64,000 bases of DNA, from assembly GCA_964536955.1 (NCBI GenBank), contig CAZHZI010000002.1, forward strand, positions 11,050 through 75,049. Direction: 5' to 3'. Source of the stretch: an uncultured Conexibacteraceae bacterium. GTDB taxonomy: Bacteria; Actinomycetota; Thermoleophilia; Solirubrobacterales; 70-9. How positions within the stretch are numbered: the stretch's first letter is position 1; each line of letters begins with the position of its first letter. Shown here piece by piece: positions 1 to 9,754 of the stretch. The notes beneath the pieces are model-generated. The model was not told the DNA's origin. It searched no databases and worked only from the letters and a program-made list of their open reading frames with translations. A program made the translations under genes and the position numbers.

Positions 1-1603
1 GATCGCCCAAACCGACGAAAGGCGCCAACGTTTCGCTGAGGGCCTGGCAATTGCCGTAGCGCTCATCGCCGTTCTGGGGCTGGCCAGCCGCTTGCTGCCG
101 GAGGTGCTGAGCGTCAGCGATCCCGGTGGGCCGCGACTTCGCTACCCGCTCGGCTACTGGAACGCGAACGGAGCGATGTTCGGCATCGCGGTCGCGCTGC
201 TGCTGTGGATGAGCAGGCGGGCATCCTGGGCGACGCTGCGCTGGCTCTCCGTCGCGGCGATGCCGGCGGTCCTGCTGGCCCTCTACTTCACCTACTCGCG
301 CGGCGGGCTTCTCTCCCTGATCGTCGCCACCCTCTGCCTGCTCGCGCTCTCCAGGGACCGCCTCTGGTTGGTAGCGACCTTCGCGATCGCCGTGCTCGCC
401 TCCCTCCCAGCCGTCCTGGCGGTTCAGGATCGGCGAGAGCTGGCCGACAACCTCGGCGGCATGGCGATGACAGACCAGGGAGTGACCGTACTGGTGATCC
501 TGCTCGGCGGAATCGCGCTGGGGCTAGGAGCCTTCGCCGTGCTGCGGCGCCTGGAGACACGGAGCGGCCGGGTGACCGGACGGGCGGTAGAGCTGTCCCG
601 GCATCCCGGACTACTGCGCTGGATCGCCATCGGTGGGGCTGTCGTGGCCGTGGGTGTCGCGATCGCCGTCGGCGGCCGGGCCTGGGATCAGTTCTCCAGT
701 TCCGACATCCAGTTCCCCAAAGACCCGAAACAGCACTTCGCTGAGTTCTCCGGCGCAGGCCGCCACGACTTCTGGAGAGTGTCGATCGATGCCTTCGAGG
801 AAAAGCCGGCGCTCGGCGGCGGGGCCGGCACGTACGAATTCTCCTGGGAGCAGGACCGCTCGATCGACCTTCCGGTGCACGATGCGCATTCCCTCTACCT
901 GGAGGCGTTCGCCGAGCTCGGGATCGTCGGGGGGCTGCTGGTGCTGGCGCTGGTCGGGGGGCTGCTCTGGTGGGGCTTCTCCGCCTGGCGTCACTCCGCC
1001 CACCCTGAGCGGGACCGCAACGCGGCGCTGCTCGCCGCGATGCTGGCCTTCGCTGTCGGTGCCGGCTTCGACTGGTTCTGGGAGCTCGCCGGCCTGGGCG
1101 CGGTCTTTTTCCTCGCCGCGGGTGTCTTGGTGAGTGTGAGGTGCGCCCAGCTCGCATCGGGGCCGGGGCAGGGAGCCGCTCCGGCGGAGGGGCGTCGCTA
1201 TGGCCTGGCGATCGGCGGGCTGGTTCTGGCCTGGGTGGCCGCGATTGCACTGATCGGGCCGCTGCTGGTGGAGCGGGAAATCGACGCCAGCCAAGCGGCG
1301 GCCGCCCGGGGAGACGTCGGCAGCGCCATCGACCGGGCGGAGAACGCCCGCTCGATCGAGCCGTGGGCCGCCAGCCCTTACGTGCAGCTTGGCCTGATCG
1401 CCCTTCAGATCCAAGGCGACTATGCCGCCGCAATCGCTCATTTCACCCACGCGATCGAGCGTGAAGACCGCAACTGGCAGTGGTACTACCTGCGCTTCCA
1501 AGCGGAGCAGGCGGCGGGGGACACGGCGGCCGCGCAAGCGGATCTGGAACGCGCCCGCGAGCTCAATCCGAGGGACCAGCTGTTGCAGGCGGGTGGGGGA
1601 TGA
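1..1603 (+). CDS. O-antigen ligase / Wzy_C-family polytopic membrane protein with C-terminal TPR repeats (5' partial, frame open to window edge)
   Basis: The frame of ORF 92..1603 has no stop back to nt 2, and the upstream residues form a TM helix (GLAIAVALIAVLGLASRLL). There are many hydrophobic helices. Wzy_C-type loop: GAGRHDFWRVSIDAF...GAGTYEF...HDAHSLYLEAFAELGIVGG. TPR-like tail: ARGDVGSAIDRAENARSIEPW...AAAQADLERARELNPRD. Confidence 0.75.
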   Translation, partial: IAQTDERRQRFAEGLAIAVALIAVLGLASRLLPEVLSVSDPGGPRLRYPLGYWNANGAMFGIAVALLLWMSRRASWATLRWLSVAAMPAVLLALYFTYSRGGLLSLIVATLCLLALSRDRLWLVATFAIAVLASLPAVLAVQDRRELADNLGGMAMTDQGVTVLVILLGGIALGLGAFAVLRRLETRSGRVTGRAVELSRHPGLLRWIAIGGAVVAVGVAIAVGGRAWDQFSSSDIQFPKDPKQHFAEFSGAGRHDFWRVSIDAFEEKPALGGGAGTYEFSWEQDRSIDLPVHDAHSLYLEAFAELGIVGGLLVLALVGGLLWWGFSAWRHSAHPERDRNAALLAAMLAFAVGAGFDWFWELAGLGAVFFLAAGVLVSVRCAQLASGPGQGAAPAEGRRYGLAIGGLVLAWVAAIALIGPLLVEREIDASQAAAARGDVGSAIDRAENARSIEPWAASPYVQLGLIALQIQGDYAAAIAHFTHAIEREDRNWQWYYLRFQAEQAAGDTAAAQADLERARELNPRDQLLQAGGG

Positions 1604-3093
1604 CTCAAAAGGCTCCGGAAACCGCCGCTGGCCAGGGGTCCGCTCCTCCCGCTCCCACGCCAGACGTAGCCAAAACCGAGGTCGCGGCGCGACTGGGGCT
1701 GATCGGACCGAGTGGCTCACGGCGACGGGGGGCGCTGCTGCGCCGGCTGATGGCGACCGGCGACTGGATCGCCTTGATCGGGGCCCTCTGCGTCGCCACC
1801 GCGGCGACGTCGACCACCGACGTGGCAACGCTCTTCTGGGCGGTGCTGTTCAGCCCGGTCTGGATCCTGGTGCTGAAGCTGCACGGCCTCTACGACAACG
1901 ACCACCGGCGGATTCGCCACAGCACCCTGGATGAGCTGTCCAACCTGGTTTCCGCCAGCGCGCTGGGCACATTGGCCCTGGACGGGCTGATGGCGCTCAG
2001 CCCGGCGGGACCGCTCTCCCCATGGAGCGCGATTATGGTCGGGATCGGCGCCCTGGTCGGCAGCTTCGTCGTGCGAGCGGTGCTGCGCTTTCTCTGGCAC
2101 CGGCTGACCGGCGTCGCCACTGGGATCGTGATTGGGCCGCCTACGGCCGCTGGGGTCGTGGCGCGGCGAGTCGCAACGCATCCGGAGGCACGGCTGAGGC
2201 TGATCGGCTACCTCTTCCCGTACAGCGAGCACGCAGATGAGGCGGCAATCCCTCGACTCGGCTCTATCGCCGACATCAAACGAGTGGCACACGACTACGA
2301 GGTCGAGCGGGTGGTCGTCACCGAGCAGGAGATGAGTGAGCCCGCCGCGGAGCATCTGATCGAGGAGTGCAAGGCGGCTGGCCTGGGGTTGACGTTCCTA
2401 CCGCAGCACTATGGCCTGCTGGGGCCTGGAATCGAGTTGAATCGGCTCGCCGAGCTGCCGGTTCTCGACTTCCGCTTCTCCGACCCCCCGCGCTCGACCG
2501 TTGCGCTGAAGCGGACGATGGACGTGATCGTTTCAGGAGCCTTGCTGGCGCTGCTCTCCCCCATCCTGCTGGCGATCTCCCTGCTGATCCTGATCGACTC
2601 GGGCAAGCCGGTCTTCTTTCGCCAGAAACGAGCCGGCAAGGACGGTGAGCCGTTCACCATGTTGAAGTTCCGCACGATGGTCGCCGATGCCGAGGATCGG
2701 CTGGGCGAGCTGGTCGACCTCGAGAAGCTCAACGAGCCGGTCTTCAAGATCCCCAACGATCCGCGGATTACTCGCTTCGGACGCTTTCTGCGGCGGCTCA
2801 GTCTCGACGAGATCCCACAGTTCGTCAACGTGCTGCGGGGCGACATGTCGCTGGTCGGTCCGCGACCCGAGGAAGAGGCGGTCGTCGCCCTGTATGACGA
2901 GCGGCAGCGGGCCCGCTTGGCCGTGAAGCCTGGGCTGACCGGGCCGATGCAGGTCTACGGCCGCGGCGACCTGACCTTCGAGGAGCGCCTGGCGATGGAG
3001 CGGGACTACCTGGACAACCTTTCCGTCACGGGCGACCTTGCGATCCTGCTCCGCACCCCCGCGGCGATCTTTCGCGGCGACGGCGCCTACTAG
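1600..3093 (+). CDS. Large polyprenyl-phosphate sugar-1-phosphate transferase (WbaP/EpsB-type initiating PGT)
   Basis: C-terminal bacterial sugar-transferase domain: KRTMDVIVSGALLALLSPILLAISLLILIDSGKPVFFRQKRAGKDGEPFTMLKFRTM ... PRITRFGRFLRRLSLDEIPQFVNVLRGDMSLVGPRP. N-terminal TM helices. ATG at 1600 overlaps the upstream stop (ATGA); the track ORF from 1480 is over-extended into the upstream gene. Confidence 0.85.
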   Translation: MTQKAPETAAGQGSAPPAPTPDVAKTEVAARLGLIGPSGSRRRGALLRRLMATGDWIALIGALCVATAATSTTDVATLFWAVLFSPVWILVLKLHGLYDNDHRRIRHSTLDELSNLVSASALGTLALDGLMALSPAGPLSPWSAIMVGIGALVGSFVVRAVLRFLWHRLTGVATGIVIGPPTAAGVVARRVATHPEARLRLIGYLFPYSEHADEAAIPRLGSIADIKRVAHDYEVERVVVTEQEMSEPAAEHLIEECKAAGLGLTFLPQHYGLLGPGIELNRLAELPVLDFRFSDPPRSTVALKRTMDVIVSGALLALLSPILLAISLLILIDSGKPVFFRQKRAGKDGEPFTMLKFRTMVADAEDRLGELVDLEKLNEPVFKIPNDPRITRFGRFLRRLSLDEIPQFVNVLRGDMSLVGPRPEEEAVVALYDERQRARLAVKPGLTGPMQVYGRGDLTFEERLAMERDYLDNLSVTGDLAILLRTPAAIFRGDGAY

Positions 3094-3105
3094 GCAGATC
3101 GAGCG

Positions 3106-3996
3106 ATGCCGAGCCCTCTCGACCTCGAGGTCGTAATCGTCAGCCACGGCGCCGAAGAGCTGCTGCGGCGGTGCTTGCGCTCGCTGGACGAGCACCCGGC
3201 CTCGGGGGAGATGCGTGTGACGGTGGTCGACAGCGGCAGCCCCGACGCGACCCCGGACATGGTCGAGCGCGAGTTCCCGGCGGTGCGGCTGATCCGCTGC
3301 GAGAACATCGGCTTCTCAGCCGCCAACAACCTGGTGCTGCGGGAGGATGAGGCTGCCGCGGTGCTGCTGCTCAACCCCGACACCGAGGTCTACGCGGGGA
3401 CGCTGAACACTGCTCTGGCGCGGCTGGACGCAGACGAGTGGATCGGGTTGGTCGGATGCAAGCTGGTGACCGAGTCCGGCGAACTCGATCATGCCTGCAA
3501 GCGCTCCTTTCCCACCCCGCTCAGCGCCCTAGCCCACTTCTCTGGAGTCGGTCGTGGTACCGGCGCCGCGGGCGCCCTCAGCCAATACCGGGCGACCCAT
3601 CTCGGCGACGACGAGCCGGGCGAGGTCGACGCGGTCAACGGCGCCTTCATGCTCTGCCGCGCCGAGGCCGTCCGTGAGGTAGGCCTGCTCGACGAGGGCT
3701 ACTGGCTCTACATGGAGGACCTCGACTGGTGCCGGCGCTTCTGGGGCGCCGGCTGGAAAGTCTTCTACGAGCCGGCCGGGGTCGCCCTCCACGTCAAGGG
3801 CGGCTCCAGCGGCAAGCGGCGTGCGCCGAAACAGGAGATCGCCTTCCATCGAGGCATGGGCCGTTTCTATCGCCGCTTCGACGCGCCCGCGCACAATCCG
3901 GTCGTCAACACCGCGGTCTACGCGGGGATAGGCGGCAAGCTTGCGGTCAGCCTCGCGATCACCGCGCTTCGGCGAGATCAGGCAAGCACGTCCTGA
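3106..3996 (+). CDS. Glycosyltransferase family 2 (rhamnosyltransferase-like GT-A)
   Basis: LEVVIVSHGAEELLRRCLRSL, VTVVDSGSPD, LLLNPDTEV (DxD-like), GAFMLCRAEAVREVGLLDEGYWLYMEDLDWCRRFWGAGWKVFYEP. Confidence 0.8.
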   Translation: MPSPLDLEVVIVSHGAEELLRRCLRSLDEHPASGEMRVTVVDSGSPDATPDMVEREFPAVRLIRCENIGFSAANNLVLREDEAAAVLLLNPDTEVYAGTLNTALARLDADEWIGLVGCKLVTESGELDHACKRSFPTPLSALAHFSGVGRGTGAAGALSQYRATHLGDDEPGEVDAVNGAFMLCRAEAVREVGLLDEGYWLYMEDLDWCRRFWGAGWKVFYEPAGVALHVKGGSSGKRRAPKQEIAFHRGMGRFYRRFDAPAHNPVVNTAVYAGIGGKLAVSLAITALRRDQASTS

Positions 3997-4038
3997 GGAA
4001 GCCGCGACGCAGGTTCCTGCCCTCCGGATCGGCCCCCG

Positions 4039-6174
4039 CTACCTATTCAGTCGTCGGTGCACGACTCGGAAGCGAGCCGTATGAGACTTCGAGACGTTCC
4101 CAGCGGCATCGCGTGCTCGGATGACCGCCCGGTAGGGACCGGCCGGCAGCGCTGAATGCCCCAACCGCCCTGCGAACGGTCTCCTATTCCAGCCGGGCTC
4201 TCCCGGTCCCCGGAGCGTTCCGCGAGGCCACGGCAACACGCACCTTCGATGCAGTGGACCACGCACAGCGCGATGGACGCGTTCCGACAGCGGCCGGCAC
4301 TTGCCACCGACGCGCCATCCGCGCCTCAATGACCTGATCTCAATCTCCACGACGGCCGACTCGGAGAGCGAATACGAGAAGGCGGTCCCACGCCCGACAG
4401 CGGACGATCCCCCCGTCCGTCCGACAAGTGGCAACTCGGGAGCGAAAACCTTACGCTCTAGCCGGAATTGCTCGATCACGGGAGGTACGCGATCAGCCTC
4501 GTCCCTCCCACCCAGCGGAACCGTCACTTCCTCGAATGTTTTCAGCGGGCAGGCGTTTCCGCAGTAGTAGACACGGAGCACATTCGCACCACGATCAATT
4601 GGAGTAATGGAGCCGGTGTCCTTGTAGAGGTCGGTGAAGTAGAGCCCGTCTGAGCCGGCGGCCAGGCCGACGGCCGTAGCCCTCCCTATTCCGCTGTACT
4701 CGACCAGGGTCGTGGGACCGCTGACAAGGCCACCTTCCTGATCGAGGTCGAACTCGACGACTCGCTTGCCGTAAGCCTGCAGGCCGGGCGCATAGGTCGG
4801 TCCGGACTCTGTGACGAATGCGTGTCCCATGCTCTGGAAGGGAAATCCGCTGCCGCCAAACCTTCCCGGCTCGACGAAATCGATATTCACCGGCGCGTGA
4901 GGGGGACTCCACCTGTACGCGGCGCGATGGCTCATCGTGTCATCGGCGGGCCACCCATAGTCCTCGCCACCCACGACCCGCGCCAGCCGGTCGATTGCCG
5001 GTCCGTTCTCAACCATGTAATGGCTGCCGTCAGAAATCCGCCAGGCCCCCCCAAACGGATTCCTGAACCCCTTAGCCCACACGTAGTCGGTCGCGGTATC
5101 TTGGCCATCAGCGGTGTAAAAGGGGTTGTCTGCCAAGGGATCGCCGTCGAGGGTCATGCGCAGGACCTTGCCCAGGTAGGACCCAAGCAACGGGGCTTTG
5201 TCGCGGCCATACCCCCCATCGCCGTTGTGCACGTACAGCTCGCCGGCCGGTGAGATGGTCAGATTCGAAATTTGGTGCGAGGCGCCCTGCGGGTCCCCTT
5301 TCATGTCGAGCACGTCGACCCGACCGATCGCCACCAGCCCGCTCTCGTCGCTTTCGAGCCTGACCACCTTCGGGTAGTGGGCACCTCCTTCCGCATAGAC
5401 CAAGCTGACGAGCACGTCGCCCGAGGCGGGATCTACCACTATCCCCGTAACGCCCATCTCACCGGAGCCGGGGAAGTGCCCAGTCGGATCGAAGTTCAGC
5501 AGGCCAGTGGCAAAGTCGTGGACGGTGCCGTCTCGCGTGATGACTTTGACGTTGCCGTAGAGCTCAGTGACATACAAAAACGGATCGCTTGGATGGGGGG
5601 CCGGATCGGGGACCATGGCGATGTTGACCGGCAGCTGCAGGTTTTCGGCAAAGACCTCGACGGCATAGCCTGGTCGCGGTGTCCAAGCCTCCGCCTCGTT
5701 GCCCTGGGGGCCTGCTGCAGCCGTACGGAACCGGCGCTCCTTCCAGTCGCTCCACTCGCCTTCCTCGCTGCTGTCGTCGCGGAAGCGGACACGCAACTCG
5801 TACTCGGTGTCGGGGTCCAGCGCGCTGCGGCCGGCATGGGAGTTGACGAAGGTCCCGTCGCCGAGGTGGATGTGGACTCTCTCGGCCCCTGTCGCGCAGC
5901 GCGCTTCCCACACCGGGTCTTCCGGCCGTGGCAGGACGGCCCAGATCTCCCAGTCTGAGCATTTGTGCCCGTCTCCGTCGGCGTCTGAGAAGACGGCCTC
6001 CATGTGGACGTCCGCCGGACTTACGGGAGCACCGCCGAGAGCCGGCTCGAGGATCTCTGCGACCTGAGGCAGTTCGGCGAGCGCCAGGGTCGCCGGCAGG
6101 AGGAGGAGCGCGACAAGCGCCACGACCAGCTTGGTGCGGCCAGTCGATCCTGGAGGTGGTGCCGGGGTCGGCAT
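4039..6174 (-). CDS. Secreted/anchored SGDH-like (soluble quinoprotein glucose/sorbosone dehydrogenase family) beta-propeller protein with extra N- and C-terminal beta-sandwich domains
   Basis: N-terminal hydrophobic signal/anchor KLVVALVALLLLPATLALA. Propeller strings: PFLYVTELYGNVKVI, WAKGFRNPFGGAW, GGEDYGWP. Ig-like tail ending RARDAAGNVSKSHTARFRV. Paralogous to 20850..22373. Confidence 0.65.
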   Translation of the reverse strand: MPTPAPPPGSTGRTKLVVALVALLLLPATLALAELPQVAEILEPALGGAPVSPADVHMEAVFSDADGDGHKCSDWEIWAVLPRPEDPVWEARCATGAERVHIHLGDGTFVNSHAGRSALDPDTEYELRVRFRDDSSEEGEWSDWKERRFRTAAAGPQGNEAEAWTPRPGYAVEVFAENLQLPVNIAMVPDPAPHPSDPFLYVTELYGNVKVITRDGTVHDFATGLLNFDPTGHFPGSGEMGVTGIVVDPASGDVLVSLVYAEGGAHYPKVVRLESDESGLVAIGRVDVLDMKGDPQGASHQISNLTISPAGELYVHNGDGGYGRDKAPLLGSYLGKVLRMTLDGDPLADNPFYTADGQDTATDYVWAKGFRNPFGGAWRISDGSHYMVENGPAIDRLARVVGGEDYGWPADDTMSHRAAYRWSPPHAPVNIDFVEPGRFGGSGFPFQSMGHAFVTESGPTYAPGLQAYGKRVVEFDLDQEGGLVSGPTTLVEYSGIGRATAVGLAAGSDGLYFTDLYKDTGSITPIDRGANVLRVYYCGNACPLKTFEEVTVPLGGRDEADRVPPVIEQFRLERKVFAPELPLVGRTGGSSAVGRGTAFSYSLSESAVVEIEIRSLRRGWRVGGKCRPLSERVHRAVRGPLHRRCVLPWPRGTLRGPGEPGWNRRPFAGRLGHSALPAGPYRAVIRARDAAGNVSKSHTARFRVVHRRLNR

Positions 6175-6270
6175 TCACCATCACGGTAGCCAAGACGCCT
6201 ACAACCTGGCAACGCCGCGTCGATGAGTCGATTCCGTCCTTATAGGACGTCTGCGGCCTGTCGGCACCCG

Positions 6271-6819
6271 CTAGAAGGGGAGGGTTTCGGCTACCTCGGC
6301 GAGGCGGGGGGCTGTCTTGTCGCGCTCGGAAAGGAGCGGTTCCCTGACCGGCCACTCGACGCCTACGTCTGGGTCGTTCCAGGCTATGCCGGACTCGGTT
6401 GCCGGCTCGTAGATGCTGGAGAGGAGGTAGGCGACATCGGCTAGGTCGCTGAGCACGGCGAAGCCGTGGCCGAAGCCGGCCGGGACGAAGAGCTGGCGGT
6501 GGGTCTCGTCGTCGAGGACGTAGCCCTCCCACTGCCCATAGGTGGGCGAGGCACGGCGCAGGTCGACGGCAACGTCGAAGATCGCGCCCCGAGGGCAGCG
6601 GACAAGCTTCGCCTGTCCGGGCTCGGTCTGGAAGTGGAGGCCGCGCAGGGTGTCTTTGACCGAGCGCGAGTGGTTGTGCTGGACGAACTCCACCTCGACG
6701 CCCAGGTCCGCCCAGGTATCCCGCCGGAAGGTCTCGACCATGAAGCCGCGCTCGTCGCCGTGGACCTGCGGCTCGAGCAGGACGACCCCGTTCAGCTTCG
6801 CCTGCAACCGGTTCAGCAT
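6271..6819 (-). CDS. rmlC: dTDP-4-dehydrorhamnose 3,5-epimerase
   Basis: LLEPQVHGDERGFMVETFR, VQHNHSRSVKDTLRGLHFQ, KLVRCPRGAIFDVAVDLR. Met at 6819 chosen (MLNRLQAK...), giving a 1-nt TGATG overlap with the rmlB stop. The 31-codon track extension lies inside rmlB. Confidence 0.9.
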   Translation of the reverse strand: MLNRLQAKLNGVVLLEPQVHGDERGFMVETFRRDTWADLGVEVEFVQHNHSRSVKDTLRGLHFQTEPGQAKLVRCPRGAIFDVAVDLRRASPTYGQWEGYVLDDETHRQLFVPAGFGHGFAVLSDLADVAYLLSSIYEPATESGIAWNDPDVGVEWPVREPLLSERDKTAPRLAEVAETLPF

Positions 6820-7802
6820 CAACTCAGGCTCTTGCCGTATTGCTTCTCGTAGTACTCGCGGTACTCCCCGGAGCGGATCGGCCCCCACCAGTCCTCGTTG
6901 TCGCGGTACCACTGGACGGTCCGTTCCAGGCCTTCGGCGAAGTGGACCTGCGCCTCCCAGTCAAGCTCGTCGCGCAACTTGTCAGAGGCGAGCGAGTAGC
7001 GGCGGTCATGGCCGGGGCGGTCCTGCACGTACTCGATCAGCGACTCGTCGCCGCCGGTGAGCTCGATCACCCACTTCACCACCTCGATGTTCTCGCACTC
7101 GTCCGGGCCGCCGACGTTATAGGCCTCGCCGGGGCGACCGTTCATCAGCACCGTGTGGATCCCGCGACAAAAGTCCTCGACGTAGAGCCAGTTGCGGACC
7201 TGGCGGCCATCGCCGTAGACGGGAAGGCTGTCGCCGTGGATCGCATTCAGCACCATCAGCGGGATCAACTTCTCGGGGTACTGGCGCGGGCCATAGTTGT
7301 TGGAGCCGCGCACGATCGAGGCCTCGATCCCATAGGTATGGACGTGGGCGGAGACGAGCAGGTCTCCGGCCGCCTTGGTCGCGGAGTAGGGCGAGGAGGG
7401 ATCGAGCGGCGAGGTCTCGGTGAAGGATCCCGACTCGATCGAGCCGTAGACCTCGTCGGTGGAGACCTGGAGGTAGCGGCTGACGCCCAGCTCACGGGCT
7501 GCGTCGAGCAGCGTGCCGGTGCCGATCACATGGGTGCGGGCGAAGACGTCCTGGTCGTCGATCGAGCGGTCGACGTGGGACTCGGCGGCGAAGTTGACGA
7601 CCGCGTCGGCGCCCTCCATCGCCTCGTGGACGATCGCCGGATCCTCGATGCCGCCGACGATCAGCTCGACGCCTTCGGGCAGGTTTTCCCGCCGCCCCGC
7701 GTAGGTGAGCTTGTCCAGCACGACGATCTCGTGCTCATCTTCGACGAGGCGCACGTAGGTGGACCCGATGAACCCGGCGGCGCCGGTGACGAGGAGCTTC
7801 AA
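6819..7802 (-). CDS. rmlB: dTDP-glucose 4,6-dehydratase
   Basis: MKLLVTGAAGFIGS Rossmann start, VSTDEVYG, YSATKAAGDLL (YxxxK), DRPGHDRRYSL. Confidence 0.95.
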   Translation of the reverse strand: MKLLVTGAAGFIGSTYVRLVEDEHEIVVLDKLTYAGRRENLPEGVELIVGGIEDPAIVHEAMEGADAVVNFAAESHVDRSIDDQDVFARTHVIGTGTLLDAARELGVSRYLQVSTDEVYGSIESGSFTETSPLDPSSPYSATKAAGDLLVSAHVHTYGIEASIVRGSNNYGPRQYPEKLIPLMVLNAIHGDSLPVYGDGRQVRNWLYVEDFCRGIHTVLMNGRPGEAYNVGGPDECENIEVVKWVIELTGGDESLIEYVQDRPGHDRRYSLASDKLRDELDWEAQVHFAEGLERTVQWYRDNEDWWGPIRSGEYREYYEKQYGKSLS

Positions 7803-8650
7803 GCCGCCTCCCTTTCCGTTTCTCTTTGTGCGAGGTATCCCGAGAGGCCGTCTTGCCAGGAGGGCAGCTCGATCGCGTGCTCACGCTGGCTGGTCAGGGC
7901 CGAGAAGGCCGGCCGCGGCGCCGGGCGGCCGAGCATCTCGGTCGTCCCCGAGAGGACTTTGCACTCGACCTTGGCCTGCTCGAAGATCTCCCGCGCGAAG
8001 TCGTACCAGGAGCACAGGCCGGCGGCCGCCATGTGGTGAATGCCGAATTCGATTCCCTCGATCAGGCGGACGACGCCATAGGCCAGGTGCCATGTGTAGG
8101 TCGGCGAGCCGACCTGGTCTCGAACGACGAGGACCTCGCCGTGATCGGTTGCGAGGCGGAGCATCGTCTCCACAAAGTTGCTGCCACCGATCCCGAACAA
8201 CCCGGAGGAGCGGACGATGAAGTGGCGCTTGTTGGCGGCGGCGGTCGCCTCCTCGCCGGCCAGCTTGGTGCGACCGTAGGCGGAGAGCGGCGCGGGCTGG
8301 TCGGTCTCAATGTAGGGGGTGCCCTTGGCGCCGTCGAAGACATAGTCGCTGGAGACGTAGACGACCGAGGCGCCGACCGCAGCTGCGGCTGCGGCGATGT
8401 TGCCGGCGCCGGCGCCGTTCACCTCCATCGCCTGCTCCTCGGCGCCTTCGGCACCGTCTACGTCGGTCCAGGCGGCGCAGTGGATGACGACGTCGGGACG
8501 CTCCAGGTCGAGCTTCTTCCCCACCGTGGCGGCATCGGTCACGTCCAACTCGGAGTGGCCGAAGCCGACCACGTCGTGGCCGGCGTTGCCGGCGGCGAGC
8601 ACCACATCGCGGCCGAGCATCCCCCCCGCGCCTGTGACCAGCACCTTCAT
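7799..8650 (-). CDS. rmlD: dTDP-4-dehydrorhamnose reductase
   Basis: True start MKVLVTGAGGMLGRDV at 8650, with a 1-nt overlap with the rmlA stop. Also HCAAWTDVD and YGRTKLAGE. The 139-aa Arg-rich track extension overlaps rmlA and is rejected. Confidence 0.9.
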   Translation of the reverse strand: MKVLVTGAGGMLGRDVVLAAGNAGHDVVGFGHSELDVTDAATVGKKLDLERPDVVIHCAAWTDVDGAEGAEEQAMEVNGAGAGNIAAAAAAVGASVVYVSSDYVFDGAKGTPYIETDQPAPLSAYGRTKLAGEEATAAANKRHFIVRSSGLFGIGGSNFVETMLRLATDHGEVLVVRDQVGSPTYTWHLAYGVVRLIEGIEFGIHHMAAAGLCSWYDFAREIFEQAKVECKVLSGTTEMLGRPAPRPAFSALTSQREHAIELPSWQDGLSGYLAQRETEREAA

Positions 8651-9726
8651 CAGATCAATTTGATTTCGGAGTTGTCGCCGACCAGCAGGCGCAGCGTCTT
8701 CGGCATTCCATCGCTGCGAGTGAGCCTGACGTTGCGGCCGAGCAGGCTGGCCTCCATGCGGGTGCCGAGATCCTCGACGACGGAGCAGGCGAGAATGATC
8801 GAGTGCTCCACCTCGGAGCGGCGGACGTGGACTTCGTCGCCGATCGAGGTGTAGGGGCCGATGTAGGCGTCCTCTATGCATGCGCCGGGGCCGATCACGG
8901 CGGGACCACGGACCACCGAACGGGCGATGGTGGCGCCTTTCCCGACGATCACTCGCCCCTCGACGCGGGAATCGTCGTCGATCTCCCCCTCCAGATGCGT
9001 CTCGATCTCCTCGAGGACAAGCCGGTTCGCCTCCAGCATGTCGGCGAGCTGGCCGGTGTCCTTCCACCAGCCGGTGACGACCTCCGATTGAACGCGGTGG
9101 CCGTCGTCGATGAGGCCCTGGATCGCCTCGGTGATCTCCAGCTCCCCCCGCCAGGAGGGCTCCAGAGCGCGAGCGGCATCGAAGATCGAGGGGCTGAAGA
9201 GATAGACGCCGACCAGGGCGAGATTTGACGGCGGGTCTTTCGGCTTTTCGATCAGGCGAAGGATCCTCTCGCCGTCGAGCTCGGCCACGCCATAGGAGCT
9301 GGGATCGTCAACCGGCGTGAGGAGGATGAGCGCGTCCGGCTCTGCTTCGCGGAAGGTGGAGACGAGTCCACGCAGACCGTCACGCAGCAGGTTGTCGCCC
9401 AGATACATGACAAAGGATGCACCCCCGAGGAACTCTTCGGCGGTCAGCACCGCGTGGGCAAGCCCGGCAGGCTCGTCCTGGACGATGTAGGTGATCCTCG
9501 CTCCGAAGGCTGAGCCGTCCCCGGCGGCCTCCCGGATCTCGTCCCCGGTCTCCGGCGCGATGATGATCCCGATCTCCTTCACGCCGGCGTCGACCAGCGC
9601 CTCGATCCCATAGAAGAGCACGGGCTTGTTGGCGACGGGCACGAGCTGCTTCGCCGATGTGTGGGTGATCGGGCGAAGACGGGTGCCGGCGCCGCCCGAG
9701 AGGATCAGTCCTTTGAGGTCTTGCAT
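8650..9726 (-). CDS. rmlA: Glucose-1-phosphate thymidylyltransferase (long form with C-terminal left-handed beta-helix)
   Basis: Start MQDLKGLILSGGAGTRLRPITHTSAKQLVPVANKPVLFY (nucleotidyltransferase G-loop) at 9726. C-terminal hexapeptide-like repeats (VIVGKGATIARSVVRGPAVIGPGACIEDAYIGPYTSIGD). Confidence 0.9.
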   Translation of the reverse strand: MQDLKGLILSGGAGTRLRPITHTSAKQLVPVANKPVLFYGIEALVDAGVKEIGIIIAPETGDEIREAAGDGSAFGARITYIVQDEPAGLAHAVLTAEEFLGGASFVMYLGDNLLRDGLRGLVSTFREAEPDALILLTPVDDPSSYGVAELDGERILRLIEKPKDPPSNLALVGVYLFSPSIFDAARALEPSWRGELEITEAIQGLIDDGHRVQSEVVTGWWKDTGQLADMLEANRLVLEEIETHLEGEIDDDSRVEGRVIVGKGATIARSVVRGPAVIGPGACIEDAYIGPYTSIGDEVHVRRSEVEHSIILACSVVEDLGTRMEASLLGRNVRLTRSDGMPKTLRLLVGDNSEIKLI

Positions 9727-9754
9727 CGGCGGGAAGGCTATCGTCGCGTGCTCA

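Noticed and set aside
288-1828. Minus-strand ORFs of 381 aa (288..1433) and 405 aa (611..1828)
   Set aside because: They are antisense to the Wzy_C-TPR and PGT genes. Their translations are extremely Arg/Pro-rich. The sense frames show clear TM helices and family motifs.
6235-6249. Small hairpin cgtcc-ttata-ggacg in the 96-bp gap between rmlC and the secreted propeller gene
   Set aside because: The stem is only 5 bp with no U-tract, which is too weak to call a terminator or operator. A vaguely similar taggac string near 48802 is probably coincidence.
6840-8854. Plus-strand ORFs of 399 aa (6840..8039) and 342 aa (7826..8854)
   Set aside because: They are antisense to rmlB and rmlD, whose identities are unambiguous. 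They are shadow ORFs.
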